DNA of 64,000 nt. Origin: Myxococcota bacterium (lineage in GTDB: Bacteria; Myxococcota_A; UBA9160; UBA6930). The stretch spans positions 128,001 through 192,000 of the forward strand of contig OZ245002.1 of NCBI GenBank assembly GCA_965223415.1, in the 5' to 3' direction. A model generated the notes under the pieces. That model was given only the letters and a program-made list of their open reading frames with translations. It did no database searches and was not told the origin of the DNA. Position 1 is the first letter of the stretch. The number at the start of each line of letters is the position of its first letter. Shown piece after piece: positions 50,805-61,214 of this stretch. A program made the position numbers and the translations under genes.

Positions 50805-51794
50805 TCAGAGCGTCCGCAATTCCGCTTTCGCTTCCTTGTCGTTGGGATCGAGACGGACAGCCGTCTCCAGCTCACGTTTGGCGTTGGCCGTGAGATCGGC
50901 CGCTTTGTAGATCTGCCCGAGCACCCGGTGGTACTCGCCGCTCTCCGGCTCCAGCTCGCAAGCAGAGGAAGCCAGCTCCTTCGCCTTGCGCAGGTCTCCG
51001 ATCGCCTGCCAGGCGATCTTGGCCGCCCGGAAGGCCAGCTCGGCGTCGAATGGGCGGAAGTGGCACGCCTCCTCGAGCGCCTCGAAGGCCTCCTTGTAGT
51101 CGCGGAGGTCGAGGGCGGCGTCCGCCGTGCGCGTCAGGTGCTTGGCCCGCTCTTCGTGGGCCTTGCGCTGCACCTTCACGAACTCCTCGCGGTAGACCTC
51201 GTTGGAGGGGTCGAAGGCCATGGCGAGGCGCACCGAGCCCGCCGCCTCGAGCCACCGCTCGCTGCGGAAGGCGCTCATGCCGGACTCGAAGAAGGTCTTG
51301 GCCTTCTGCTTGCGCTCCTGCTTGACCTTGTGGTGGCCGTGGAGGCCGGACATGCGCCGCCGCAGCCGGCGCGCGGCCTCGGTGCTCGACATGCGCGGCT
51401 TGGCGGGCTCGGCGGAATCGGCGGGGGGCCCGGCGGACGGCACTCCCGACGGCTTCGGCGCCGCCTTCGCGCGGGCCTTCTCGCCCCGCTGCACCTCCGC
51501 ACGGGTGGCCGGATCCGACAGCAGCTCGTAGGCCTCGAGCAGCTTCTTGAAGCAGGTCTCCACCAGGGGCTCGAAGTCGCCCAGGTTCTTGCGGAAGTAG
51601 CGATCCGGGTGGAAGCGCTTGGACTTCTGGAAGTAGGCCTTCTTGATCGCGCGGTCGTCCGCGTCGACGGCCACGCCCAGGAGCTCGTGGTACGGGCGAT
51701 CGAGGCCGTTCGCGAACTCGATCAGCTCTTCCTGGACCTTGGGGTCCAGATCGAGCGACGAATCCACCTCGACGTCGAACGAGCCGGTCTTCAT
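50805..51794 (-). CDS. J-domain protein with C-terminal TPRs
   Basis: PYHELLGV...IKKAYFQKSKRFHPD...EAYELLSDP; TPR helices; start uncertain. Confidence 0.88.
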   Translation of the reverse strand: MKTGSFDVEVDSSLDLDPKVQEELIEFANGLDRPYHELLGVAVDADDRAIKKAYFQKSKRFHPDRYFRKNLGDFEPLVETCFKKLLEAYELLSDPATRAEVQRGEKARAKAAPKPSGVPSAGPPADSAEPAKPRMSSTEAARRLRRRMSGLHGHHKVKQERKQKAKTFFESGMSAFRSERWLEAAGSVRLAMAFDPSNEVYREEFVKVQRKAHEERAKHLTRTADAALDLRDYKEAFEALEEACHFRPFDAELAFRAAKIAWQAIGDLRKAKELASSACELEPESGEYHRVLGQIYKAADLTANAKRELETAVRLDPNDKEAKAELRTL

Positions 51795-51916
51795 GAGCTC
51801 GCGACGCGGTGCCTGGACGCCACCCGAAGACAAACCTGTTTCCCCCGATCCCCATCGATCCGGCCTGGCGTCCCCACGCCGACCGGTCCGTCCCCTGGGA
51901 GACGGCCACAGGTTCC

Positions 51917-51942
51917 ATCGGCGGGGCATGGGGGGAAGCTGA
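51917..51942 (-). promoter_or_regulatory. sigma28-like promoter motif TCAGC-N15-GCCGAT
   Basis: Lies in the argB-J-protein gap. Confidence 0.55.
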
Positions 51943-52041
51943 GGGGTTCCTCGGGGAACCCGAGCGATTCCCTGGGCCTCGGCGGCGAGCTACCCGTCGC
52001 AGGGACATCCCCGAGGGGCCCCCATCGGGTCGGCGAGGCCC

Positions 52042-52896
52042 CTAGCGGGTCAGCAGGGTGCCGACTCCCCCGTCCGTGAAGACCTCGAGCAGGATCGCGT
52101 GCAGCACCCGGCCGTCGATGATGTGGGTGCGAGCCACCCCTCCCCGCAGGGCACGGAGGCAGCACTCGACCTTCGGGATCATGCCGCCCTGGATGGTGCC
52201 CTCGTCCATGTGCTTCTGGACCTCGGTCTCGGTGAGCTGGTGGATCAGCTGCTCCTGGGCGTCCAGCACGCCGTCGACGTCGGTGAGCAGGATCAGCTTC
52301 TCGGCGTGGAGGGCCTCGGCGATGGCGCCGGCGGCTTCGTCGGCGTTGACGTTGTGGGTCAGGCCCTCGTCGTCGGCCCCGATCGGCGCGATCACGGGGA
52401 CGTAGCCGGCCTCGGCCACCGCTCGGATCGGGTCCGGGTCCACGGCGATCACCTCGCCCACCCGACCGAGGTCGACGCCCTCCTGGCGCTTGCGTCGGAC
52501 CCGCAGGATGCCGGCGTCGGTTCCGGTGAGGCCGATGGCGCGGCCGCCGCCCCGGCCGATCAGGGCCACGATCTCCCGATTCACCCGGCCGCCGAGGACC
52601 ATCTCGACCACCTCCATGGTGGCGTCGTCGGTGACCCGCAGGCCCTGCTCGAAGCGGGTGGGGATGTCGAGGCGCTCGAGGGTGGCGCCGATCTGCGGGC
52701 CGCCGCCGTGGACCAGCACGGGCTTCACGCCGATGTACTTGAGCAGCACCACGTCGACGGCGAAGGAGGCACGCAGCTCCTCGTCGGTCATGGCCGCGCC
52801 GCCGTACTTGATCACGACGGTCTTGTCCCGGAAGCGCCGGATGTAGGGCAGCGCCTCGATCAGAACCTCGGCCTTGTCGATCAGGGCCTGGACCAC
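52042..52896 (-). CDS. argB: Acetylglutamate kinase
   Basis: LIEALPYI, VIKYGGAAM, VHGGGPQI, NVNAD, GGMIPKV. Confidence 0.97.
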   Translation of the reverse strand: MVQALIDKAEVLIEALPYIRRFRDKTVVIKYGGAAMTDEELRASFAVDVVLLKYIGVKPVLVHGGGPQIGATLERLDIPTRFEQGLRVTDDATMEVVEMVLGGRVNREIVALIGRGGGRAIGLTGTDAGILRVRRKRQEGVDLGRVGEVIAVDPDPIRAVAEAGYVPVIAPIGADDEGLTHNVNADEAAGAIAEALHAEKLILLTDVDGVLDAQEQLIHQLTETEVQKHMDEGTIQGGMIPKVECCLRALRGGVARTHIIDGRVLHAILLEVFTDGGVGTLLTR

Positions 52897-52897
52897 G

Positions 52898-54373
52898 TCA
52901 GCTCCCTGCGCCGCCGGCCTGGGCTTCCCGCCGGGCGACGGCGACCTCTTCGATCGTCTCGAGGAGCGAACGGTACAGGAGCACGTTGCGCACGGCCGCG
53001 GAAAGGCAGGCGGTCAGCACCTCGCCCACCTCCGGTGTGGCGTCCTCCGCCCGCTCCGGGAAGACCCGGTAGACGCCGAGGGACTTACCCCGGAAGCGCA
53101 GGGGGCCGCACAGGAGGGGTCGGACGTCGCCGCTCTCGGGCGTATCGACCTCGGGCTCGAAGCGCGGATCCACCGCCGGATCCGGCGATGCGACGGGACG
53201 CCCGGAGTCGAGGGCGGCCCCCGTGAGCCCCCGGGATGCGTCCAGGCGCGGCCGATCCGAAGCGACGCCGCCGTCCCACTGGGCCTCGCGCTGCAGCGTG
53301 CCGCCCTCGGGCAGCGCCAGGAAGAGCGAGACCGGGGCCGCGGCCAGGAGCTCTCCGACCGGGCGCAAGGCCGCTTCGAGGATGCGGCCGGGCTCGACCT
53401 CGGCGGTGAGAGCCTCGTTGATCCGCTGGGCCAGGGCCACCTGGCGCAGGGCCTCCGGAGGCGCATCGCCCGCCGGCCGGTCGGCGGCGGCCCGTTCCGG
53501 AGCCGCCTCGGCTCCGGGGGCGAGGGCGGCGGCGGCCCGGTCGGCGAGGATGCGGAGGATCGGCGCCGCGGCTTCGTCGAAGCCGGGGCCCGCCACCGGG
53601 TCGGCGACGCACAGGAGCCCGGCCAGCCCGTCTCCACTCTCCACCGGCGCGACGGCGAAGGCGCCGGTCCTGTAGCGCTCCGGGCGCGCCCAGGCCGCGA
53701 AGCGCTCGTCGGCGGCCAGGTCGTCCACGAGGGCGCTCTCGCTGCGCTCGGCCAGCCAGCCGGCGATCCCCTCGCCCAGGGCGATGGGCTCCATCTCTGA
53801 GAGCGGCGCCTTCGCACCGACGGCGGCGACCACGCGAAGGTCCGAGCCCGCCGGATCGCGCGCGAGGAGGGAGGCGCGATCGGCACCCAACACCTCGGCC
53901 GCCGCCGCCGCGATCGCCTCGGGCGTCGGGGCGCCGCCCAGCCCGGCGAGGCATTGCTGCAGCCGCTCGACCTGCTCCCCCAGCCAGGCGCGGGCGACGG
54001 ACAGGTCGAAGGTCTCGGCGGCCCGACGCACGGCGAGCAGCAGCTCTTCTTCGTGGATCGGCTTCGCCAGGTAGTCGCAGGCGCCCAGGCGCAGCGCTTC
54101 GAGCACGTACTCCTGATCGGTGTGGGCGGAGAGGATGATCACTCGGAGGTCCGGCCGGAGCTCACGGAGGCGGCGGAACACCTCGATGCCGTGAAGGTCC
54201 GGGAGCTGCAGATCGAGGATGCAGACGCCCAGCGTCGCGTCGGCAGCCTCCTCCAGGGCCGAGCCGCCGTCGCCCACCGAGACCAGATCGAAGCCCTCGG
54301 CGTCGAGCACGTCGCGGATCGCCTCGCGGAAGAACCGCTCGTCGTCCACCACCAGTACGCGGGTCTGGCTCAC
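52898..54373 (-). CDS. Response regulator with two GAF-like domains
   Basis: VLVVDDE...ILDLQLPD...YLAKP receiver; LGEGIAGWLA and SRGLTGAAL GAF signatures. Confidence 0.8.
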   Translation of the reverse strand: MSQTRVLVVDDERFFREAIRDVLDAEGFDLVSVGDGGSALEEAADATLGVCILDLQLPDLHGIEVFRRLRELRPDLRVIILSAHTDQEYVLEALRLGACDYLAKPIHEEELLLAVRRAAETFDLSVARAWLGEQVERLQQCLAGLGGAPTPEAIAAAAAEVLGADRASLLARDPAGSDLRVVAAVGAKAPLSEMEPIALGEGIAGWLAERSESALVDDLAADERFAAWARPERYRTGAFAVAPVESGDGLAGLLCVADPVAGPGFDEAAAPILRILADRAAAALAPGAEAAPERAAADRPAGDAPPEALRQVALAQRINEALTAEVEPGRILEAALRPVGELLAAAPVSLFLALPEGGTLQREAQWDGGVASDRPRLDASRGLTGAALDSGRPVASPDPAVDPRFEPEVDTPESGDVRPLLCGPLRFRGKSLGVYRVFPERAEDATPEVGEVLTACLSAAVRNVLLYRSLLETIEEVAVARREAQAGGAGS

Positions 54374-54386
54374 CGATCGCCCCCCT

Positions 54387-55781
54387 TCAGAGGATATAGC
54401 GGGAGAGGTCTTCGTCCTGCACCAGCCCGGAGAGCCGCTCCTCGACGAAGGCCCGGTCCACCCGCACGTGGCTCCCGGCCCGGTCGGGCGCGTCGAACGA
54501 CACCTCGTCGAGCACGCGCTCGAGGAGGGTGTGGAGGCGGCGCGCGCCGATGTCGTCGGTGCGCTCGTTCACCGTGGCGGCGATCTCGGCGAGGGCTTCG
54601 ACGCCGTCGTCGGTCACCTCGAGCCGGACGCCTTCCGTCTCCAGGAGCGCCGTGTACTGGCGCACCAGCGAGTTGCGCGGCTCGGTGAGGATCCGGACGA
54701 AGTCATCCCGGGTGAGGCTCTGCAGCTCGACGCGAATGGGGAAGCGACCCTGGAGCTCGGGAATCAGGTCCGAGGGCTTCGCCACGTGGAAGGCGCCGGC
54801 GGCGACGAACAGGATGTGGTCCGTGCGCACCGGGCCGTGCTTGGTCTGCACCGTGGAGCCCTCGACGATGGGCAGCAGGTCCCGCTGCACGCCCTCGCGG
54901 GAGACGTCGGGGCCGCCGGCCCGAGCGCCCTCCCCTCCCGAGGCCACCTTGTCGAGCTCGTCGATGAACACGATGCCGGCCTGCTCCACCCGCTCCACGG
55001 CGAGCTCACGCACCCGGTCCATATCGACCAGCTTGCCGGCTTCCTCGGCGGTGAACACCTCGAGGGCGGCGGGCACCTTGAGCCTTCGCACCTTCGTCTT
55101 CCCGCCGAACAGGCCCCCGAGCATGTCCTTGAACTGGACGCCCATCTCCTCCACGCCCTGGGGCGTGAAGACGGACATGGTCGGCGCGCCGCCGCCGTCG
55201 GCGACCTCGACGTCGATCTCCCGCTCGTCGAGCTTGCCCTCGCGCAGCCAGCGCCGGAGCTTCTCGCGGGTCTCGCCGGTCTCCGTCGGGGGCACGGGCG
55301 CGTCGGGCGCCGGCACCCCGGGCTCGGGCATCGGAAACGCAGCGGGGCCCGGGGCCGGCGGGGGGAGCAGCGCGTCGAGCACCCGCTCCTCCGCGCGCTC
55401 CTCGGCCTTGGCGACAACCGAGCGCTTCTCCTCTTCGGTCACGAGCTGCACCGCCAGGTCGGCCAGATCCCGCACGATCGACTCGACGTCCCGCCCGACG
55501 TAGCCGACCTCGGTGAACTTCGACGCCTCCACCTTGAGGAAGGGCGCCTGGGCGAGCTTGGCCAGGCGCCGGGCGATCTCCGTCTTCCCGACGCCGGTGG
55601 AGCCGATCATGATGATGTTCTTCGGCGCGATCTCCTCACGCAGCTCCTCCGGCACCTGCTGGCGCCGCCAGCGGTTGCGCAGGGCGATGGCGACCGCGCG
55701 CTTCGCCTCGTGCTGGCCGACGATGTAGCGGTCGAGCTCCGAGACGATCTCCCGCGGCGTGAAGGCGTGTCCCCCGTTCAC
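54387..55781 (-). CDS. hslU: ATP-dependent protease ATPase subunit
   Basis: [57 protein letters not shown]. Confidence 0.97.
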   Translation of the reverse strand: MNGGHAFTPREIVSELDRYIVGQHEAKRAVAIALRNRWRRQQVPEELREEIAPKNIIMIGSTGVGKTEIARRLAKLAQAPFLKVEASKFTEVGYVGRDVESIVRDLADLAVQLVTEEEKRSVVAKAEERAEERVLDALLPPPAPGPAAFPMPEPGVPAPDAPVPPTETGETREKLRRWLREGKLDEREIDVEVADGGGAPTMSVFTPQGVEEMGVQFKDMLGGLFGGKTKVRRLKVPAALEVFTAEEAGKLVDMDRVRELAVERVEQAGIVFIDELDKVASGGEGARAGGPDVSREGVQRDLLPIVEGSTVQTKHGPVRTDHILFVAAGAFHVAKPSDLIPELQGRFPIRVELQSLTRDDFVRILTEPRNSLVRQYTALLETEGVRLEVTDDGVEALAEIAATVNERTDDIGARRLHTLLERVLDEVSFDAPDRAGSHVRVDRAFVEERLSGLVQDEDLSRYIL

Positions 55782-56314
55782 GGCAGGGTCACCACGGAGA
55801 TCTGGTCGTTGGTGTAGATGCAGATCTCCGCCGCGATCTCGAGGGCGCGGCGAGCCACCGCCTCCGCGCCGACGTCGGGACGATCGGCGAGGGCGCGGGC
55901 CGCGGCCAGGGCGTAGGCGCCGCCGGAGCCGATGGCGGCGATGCCGTCGTCGGGCTCGATCACCTCGCCGTTGCCAGACACCACCAGCACGCCGCTGGCG
56001 TCGCCGACCAGGAGCATCGCCTCGAGGCGACGCAGCATGCGGTCGGTGCGCCACTCCCGGGCGAGCTCCACCGCCGCCCGGCGCACATTGCCGGGATGGG
56101 CCTCGAGCTTGGCCTCGAGGCGCTCGGAGAGCGCCAGGGCGTCGGCCACTCCGCCGGCGAAGCCGAAGACGGCGCGCCGCTCGGCCGCCTCGCGCACCTT
56201 CTGGGCGCCGTGCTTCATGATCGTGTCGCCGACGGTCACCTGCCCGTCGGAGGCCATGGCGATGCAGCCGTCCTTGACGACGCCGATCACGGTGGTCGAG
56301 CGGGTCTCGCTCAT
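55778..56314 (-). CDS. hslV: ATP-dependent protease peptidase subunit
   Basis: [37 protein letters not shown]. Confidence 0.97.
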   Translation of the reverse strand: MSETRSTTVIGVVKDGCIAMASDGQVTVGDTIMKHGAQKVREAAERRAVFGFAGGVADALALSERLEAKLEAHPGNVRRAAVELAREWRTDRMLRRLEAMLLVGDASGVLVVSGNGEVIEPDDGIAAIGSGGAYALAAARALADRPDVGAEAVARRALEIAAEICIYTNDQISVVTLP

Positions 56315-57246
56315 GGTCGTGCACTCCCGCGGCGCCGCCCCCGCTTCCCGCGGGCCCTGGGATGGGCCTCGTCGTAGACCTGCATCAGGTGCTCGGCGGA
56401 GACGGCGGTGTACTTCTGGGTCGTGGAGAGGCTGGCGTGGCCCAGCAGCTCCTGGATGGCGCGCAGGTCCGTGCCCATGTCGAGGAGATGGGTCGCATAG
56501 CTATGGCGCAGCCGGTGGGGGTGGATGCGTCCGCCGAGACTGGCCAGCCGGGCGCGGCGCGCCAGACGTCGGCGCACGTCGCGGGCGCCGAGCCGACGCG
56601 GCGGCTCGCCCTTGCGCACCCGCAGCGACGTGAAGAGCGGCTCCGAGAGCACGCCCTGGCCGCGACGCGGGTCGAGCCACGCGCGCAGCGCCTCGCGGGC
56701 CGCGCTCGGCAGCGGCACCACGCGTTCCTTTCCGCCCTTGCCCCAGACCCGCACCTCGCCACGGTGCAGGTCTACGTCCCGCACGTCGAGGGCCACCAGC
56801 TCTCCGACCCGCAGCCCCGCCCCGTAGAGGAGCTCCGCGATGGCGCGATCCCGCGGCGCCGCGGGCCCTTCGTCCTCGTCGGACGCGTCCATCAGGTGCT
56901 GGCAATCATCGACCGCAAGGGGCGAAGGCAGGCCGCGCGGGGCGCGCGGCGTCGGAATGCCGAGGCTCGGATCCGCCGCGCGCTCCCCCTCCCGCACCAG
57001 GAAGCGGAAGAAGCAGCGCAGGGAGGCGAGCTTGCGGCCGAGGGTGGTCGGCGCCAGGGCGGCATGGCGATCGGCGAGGAAGGCGCGCACGTCGTCCGGC
57101 CGAGTCCGCTCGGGACGGCTCCGAGGCCCGAGGGCCAGGGCGAGCTGCCGGACGTCCGAGAGGTACGCCCGCACCGTGTGGTCCGAGAGCCCGCGCTCTC
57201 CGCGCAGGTGGCGACCGAAGGCGTCGATGCACGCGTCCCAGCTCAC
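56311..57246 (-). CDS. xerC: Tyrosine recombinase XerC
   Basis: [53 protein letters not shown]; trmFO-xerC-hslVU synteny. Confidence 0.92.
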   Translation of the reverse strand: MSWDACIDAFGRHLRGERGLSDHTVRAYLSDVRQLALALGPRSRPERTRPDDVRAFLADRHAALAPTTLGRKLASLRCFFRFLVREGERAADPSLGIPTPRAPRGLPSPLAVDDCQHLMDASDEDEGPAAPRDRAIAELLYGAGLRVGELVALDVRDVDLHRGEVRVWGKGGKERVVPLPSAAREALRAWLDPRRGQGVLSEPLFTSLRVRKGEPPRRLGARDVRRRLARRARLASLGGRIHPHRLRHSYATHLLDMGTDLRAIQELLGHASLSTTQKYTAVSAEHLMQVYDEAHPRARGKRGRRRGSARP

Positions 57247-58571
57247 GCCGCGTCCTTCGCCCCGCCGATCGCGGCGCGGAAAGGCTCGAGCGCTTCGAGA
57301 GCGCGAGCGGTGAGACGCCCGTTCTTCTCGCGCTTCTTCATGCGCTTCGTCCCGTTCAGCGGGGGAAAGAGCCCGAAGTTGACGTTTGTGGGCTGGAAGT
57401 CCGACTTCGCCTCCCGCAGATGGCCGAGAAGCGCCCCGTGGGCCGTGCTCGGGTGAGGTTGGGGCGCGGGCGCGCCGCGGGCGGCGGCCCCGGCGAACAC
57501 GCCGCCCAGGAGACCGAGCGCGGCCGACTCCACATAGCCCTCGACGCCAGCCATCTGCCCGGCGACGAACAGGCCGGGACAAGCGCGTAGCTCGAGGCTC
57601 TCGCTCAGCTGCTGAGGCGCGTTCAGGAAGGTGTTGCGGTGCACCGAGCCGAAGCGCGCGAAGACGGCCTCGCCCATGCCCGGCAGGCTGCGGAAGATGC
57701 GCTTCTGCTCGCCGATGCGGAGCTTGGTCTGGAAGCCCACCAGGTTGAAGAGGACGCCGCGTTTGTCCTCCTGGCGAAGCTGCACCACCGCGAAGGGCCG
57801 CCGGCCCGTGCGCGGATCCACCAGACCCACCGGCTTCATCGGCCCGTAGGCCAGGGTGTCGGGGCCGCGGCGCGCCATCTCCTCGATCGGGAGGCAGCCG
57901 TCGAAGTAGAGGGCCGCCTCGAAGCGGTGCAGGGGCACCGTGTCGGCGGCGAGCAGGGCCTCGACGAAGACCCGGTAGGCGGGCTCGTCCAGGGCGAGGT
58001 TCAGGTAGTCGCCCTCGCCGTCCTCCCAGCGGGAGGCGCGGAAGGCGACGGCTGCGTCCACGGAATCGGCGTAGACGATGGGCGAGATGGCGTCGTAGAA
58101 GTAGAGGGACTCCTCCCCGACCCGCGCCTGCAGCGCGGCAGCCAGGGGGTCGGAGGTGAGGGGGCCCGTCGCCAGCACGGTCGGCCGGTGATCGGGTAGC
58201 GAGGTCACTTCCTCCCGGCGCACCTCGATGGCCGGATGGCTCTCGAGCCGCTCGGTGATCCGCTTCGAGAACTCGAGCCGATCCACGGCCAGCGCGCGGC
58301 CGGCGGGCACCGCCGTCTCGTCCGCCGTGCGCATCACCAGCGAACCCAGCCGCCGCATCTCCTCCTTCAGGAGGCCGACTGCGTTGCCGGTGCCGCTCGC
58401 CCGGAAGGAGTTGCTGCACACCAGCTCGGCGAACTCCGGGCTCTGGTGGGCCGGCGAATACTGCACCGGCTTCATCTCGTAGAGGCGGACGCGCAGACCG
58501 CTGCGGGCGAGCTGCCAGGCAGCCTCGCTCCCGGCCAGGCCGGCACCCACCACGACGACGTCCACGGCCAC
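57243..58571 (-). CDS. trmFO: tRNA (uracil-54) folate-dependent methyltransferase
   Basis: GAGLAGSEAAWQ, ELVCSNS, YGPMKPVGL, GVEGYVESAA. Confidence 0.96.
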   Translation of the reverse strand: MAVDVVVVGAGLAGSEAAWQLARSGLRVRLYEMKPVQYSPAHQSPEFAELVCSNSFRASGTGNAVGLLKEEMRRLGSLVMRTADETAVPAGRALAVDRLEFSKRITERLESHPAIEVRREEVTSLPDHRPTVLATGPLTSDPLAAALQARVGEESLYFYDAISPIVYADSVDAAVAFRASRWEDGEGDYLNLALDEPAYRVFVEALLAADTVPLHRFEAALYFDGCLPIEEMARRGPDTLAYGPMKPVGLVDPRTGRRPFAVVQLRQEDKRGVLFNLVGFQTKLRIGEQKRIFRSLPGMGEAVFARFGSVHRNTFLNAPQQLSESLELRACPGLFVAGQMAGVEGYVESAALGLLGGVFAGAAARGAPAPQPHPSTAHGALLGHLREAKSDFQPTNVNFGLFPPLNGTKRMKKREKNGRLTARALEALEPFRAAIGGAKDAA

Positions 58572-58649
58572 TGGCCCTCCCGCGCTGCCCCGCGCGTGAC
58601 GCCGGAATGTAGCCGCCGCGGAAGGTGACGCCCCGAGGGGCGCCGGCGC

Positions 58650-59753
58650 TCAGCTCCGGGGGCCCAGCGCCCTCCAGCGCCCGTCCCGATCCCGGGCGAC
58701 CCGGCCGCCCAGCTCGAGCTCGAGCAGGGGACCCGCCAGCTCCGGTAGCCCGAGGCGCAGCGCCCGCGCCAGTTCCTCGCGGGTGCGCGGACGTGCCACC
58801 AGGCTGGCGAGGATCCGTCCCTCGATGGCGCCAGCCGGCCCCGGAGCCCGCTGCTCGTCCCGTCCGGCGGGCAGACCCAACGCCACCAGCACGTCGGCGG
58901 CGCCCTCCACCAGGCCGGCCCCCTCGCGCAAGAGCTGGTGCGGACCGCGGCTGGTGGGTGCGTCGACCGGTCCCGGCACCGCGAACACGTCGACGCCCTG
59001 GTCCGCGGCGTGACGCGCCGTCGTGAGGGAGCCCGAGCGAAGCCGCGCCTCCACCACGATCACCGCCTCCGAGAGCGCGCTGATCAACCGGTTGCGCAGG
59101 GGGAAGTGGGGCGCCCGGGGCGGCGCGCCGAGGGGAAGCTCGCTCACCACGCCGCCGGACCCGGCGATGCGTCCCGCCAGGCCGCGGTGGCTGGCCGGGT
59201 ACACCCGGTCGGGGCCGCAGGCCTGGAAGGCCAGCGTGACGCCGCCGGCGTCGAGCGCCCCCTCGTGGGCCGCCCGGTCGATGCCCCGCGCGAGGCCCGA
59301 CACGATCACGAGGCCCGCCTCCGCCAGCCGCCCGGCCAGTCGCGCTGCGATGTCCCGGCCGGGGGCGGTGGCCGCCCGGGCGCCGACCATGGCCACGGCA
59401 CGGGCCGAGAGCAGCGCCGGAAGCCCCCGCACCGCGAGGACCGGCGGAGCATCGGCGAGACGCCGCAGCCGCGGGGGATAGGCCGGCGACGTCCACGGCA
59501 CCAGCACGACGCCGCCCCGCGACAGCCGCGCCCTCGCCTGCGCGACGTCGTCGGGCGCCAGCAGGCGGGCGTCGGGGGTGCGGGCGAGCAGTGCTTCCGG
59601 CGAGGCCCCGGCCCGGAACGCCGCGGCCGCGAGCTCGGGCGCGAAAGCGAAGCGGGCCTGCACCGAGAGCCACAGGCGCAGCTCTTCGCGCGTCTCGGGG
59701 CGGCTGTCGGCCGGGTCGAGGGGGCCGGGCGATCCGGAGGCGAAAGGGTCCAC
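58650..59753 (-). CDS. dprA: DNA-processing protein DprA
   Basis: AMVGAR, VSGLARGID, HFPLRNRLISALS, SGSLTTA, VFAVPG. Confidence 0.95.
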   Translation of the reverse strand: MDPFASGSPGPLDPADSRPETREELRLWLSVQARFAFAPELAAAAFRAGASPEALLARTPDARLLAPDDVAQARARLSRGGVVLVPWTSPAYPPRLRRLADAPPVLAVRGLPALLSARAVAMVGARAATAPGRDIAARLAGRLAEAGLVIVSGLARGIDRAAHEGALDAGGVTLAFQACGPDRVYPASHRGLAGRIAGSGGVVSELPLGAPPRAPHFPLRNRLISALSEAVIVVEARLRSGSLTTARHAADQGVDVFAVPGPVDAPTSRGPHQLLREGAGLVEGAADVLVALGLPAGRDEQRAPGPAGAIEGRILASLVARPRTREELARALRLGLPELAGPLLELELGGRVARDRDGRWRALGPRS

Positions 59754-59798
59754 GGGCGAGGGCTCCCGGGACCGGGCGGGCAGAGCCTACCGAAACGA

Positions 59799-59828
59799 GA
59801 AGAGCCGGCCCGTCCGGGCCGGCTCTTC
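59799..59828 (-). terminator. Hairpin / probable terminator after the tsaP-like gene
   Basis: GAAGAGCCGGCCC-N4-GGGCCGGCTCTTC (13 bp) followed by TCGTTT on the minus strand. Confidence 0.6.
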
Positions 59829-59851
59829 CTTCGTTCGATCTGGGAGCGTGA

Positions 59852-61075
59852 CTACGGGTTCACGTCGGGCGAGCCGCGGAAGCGGTCGCCACGGGAGAGC
59901 TCCGTGATGGTGTGGGTGACGACGGCCACCGACGCCTCGTCCTGCACGTCCACCACGAGCAGCTTCGCCACCACGTGGTCCGGCAGCGCCACGCGCTCCG
60001 CCTTGACGGCGTCGATACCGTCGTTCATCGGGCGGTATACCTCGAGGGGACTGCCGACGGCGAGGCCGTGCTGACGACCCCGGTCGAGGTAGACCACGTC
60101 GGTGCTGCCCATCTCGAGGCGCCGCGACGGCGTGTGGACCACCAGGCCCTCCACCTGCGGCATCGGGCCGACCTCGATCTCCGCCGTGCGCGGCCGGCGC
60201 GGCAGCAGGCCGTCGCCGCGACGGACCTCGGAACGGGACAGGCGGATCGTGGCCCAGGAGCTCTCGGGGTGGACCTCCGTCACCTCGAGCCAGCCCAGGA
60301 ACTCGGTGTGGTAGCCGAACAGCACGCCGTCTTCCGGCGACGACACGCGACCGGCGGTGCGGAAGATGTCGAACTGCTCGCCCACCTGGGTCTCACCGGC
60401 CCCGAGGCCGATGACGACCTGGTCGTGGTCCTGGAGCCAGACGCGCTGGAGCGGGCTGTCGACGATCGCCGCGGCGCGCTCGTGCTGCTCGACGGTCACG
60501 AAGCCCGTCGACTGGATCTCGCTGTAGCGATAGGTCGGCGGGGTCTCGAGGCCCTCCATGCCGTCCTGCAGGGCGGCGGGCATCCCGCCCTCGCCCAGGA
60601 GGGCGGCGGCCTCGGCATCGGACACCTTGCGGATCTCGTGGGGCGTGATCCAGAGGTGGTCGCCGGGGAAGATGCGGTGGGGATTCTCGATCTCCCCATT
60701 GTCCTTCCAGATCGACGGCCACACCCAGGGCGTACCCAGGTAGGCGTCCGAGATGTCCCACAGCGTGTCGCCGCGCTGCACCGTGTGCAGGCGACCCGTG
60801 CGACCGTTCTCGTCTTCGCCGAGCGGCCCGAGCTCCACGGCGGAGCGACCGGACTCGGGCGTGACTTCGGTCACTTCGTGGTCGGCCTCGGTCGCGGTCG
60901 CGTCCTCCGCGGCCACGGCTTCGGACGCCGCGGCGGCCTCCGGGGCCATCGCTTCGGGCGCGGCTGCGGCCTCGGCAGTGGCCATGGCTTCGGGCGCGGT
61001 CGCCGCGTCCTCCGCCAGAGCGGGCGCCGCCAGCAGGCTCGAGATCAGGGTCAGGGCGAGCTTCGAGGACCTCAT
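59852..61075 (-). CDS. tsaP: LysM peptidoglycan-binding protein, TsaP-like (T4P secretin-associated)
   Basis: Signal peptide, Ala/Glu linker, HTVQRGDTLWDIS...PWVWPSIW...IENPHRIFPGD, beta-rich C-domain; directly upstream of dprA as in known tsaP loci. Confidence 0.72.
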   Translation of the reverse strand: MRSSKLALTLISSLLAAPALAEDAATAPEAMATAEAAAAPEAMAPEAAAASEAVAAEDATATEADHEVTEVTPESGRSAVELGPLGEDENGRTGRLHTVQRGDTLWDISDAYLGTPWVWPSIWKDNGEIENPHRIFPGDHLWITPHEIRKVSDAEAAALLGEGGMPAALQDGMEGLETPPTYRYSEIQSTGFVTVEQHERAAAIVDSPLQRVWLQDHDQVVIGLGAGETQVGEQFDIFRTAGRVSSPEDGVLFGYHTEFLGWLEVTEVHPESSWATIRLSRSEVRRGDGLLPRRPRTAEIEVGPMPQVEGLVVHTPSRRLEMGSTDVVYLDRGRQHGLAVGSPLEVYRPMNDGIDAVKAERVALPDHVVAKLLVVDVQDEASVAVVTHTITELSRGDRFRGSPDVNP

Positions 61076-61132
61076 GGTTCCCTCCGACCGTCCCCTCGAG
61101 CGCAACAGGCCCGGAGGACGCTGGGGTCTTCC

Positions 61133-61158
61133 ATCGGCCGGGCAGCCCGCGGCCTTGA
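61133..61158 (-). promoter_or_regulatory. sigma28-like promoter motif TCAAG-N15-GCCGAT
   Basis: Lies in the gap upstream of the tsaP-like gene. Confidence 0.65.
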
Positions 61159-61214
61159 CCCCTCACGAAGGTGCAACGAGACCCTCGCCCGGAACCCCTC
61201 ACGGTGGTGCAGCT

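Noticed and set aside
49524..52079. 851-aa ORF antisense to dnaK
   Set aside because: Long antisense ORFs opposite dnaK are a familiar codon-bias artefact; no independent evidence of expression here.
56311..57246. Tyrosine recombinase as a mobile-element integrase
   Set aside because: Sequence and trmFO-xerC-hslVU context indicate chromosomal XerC; no att sites or cargo.
60860..61020. Short imperfect repeats (APEAMA-type) in the tsaP-like gene
   Set aside because: Low-complexity Ala/Glu linker within a coding region; not a CRISPR or other DNA-level array.
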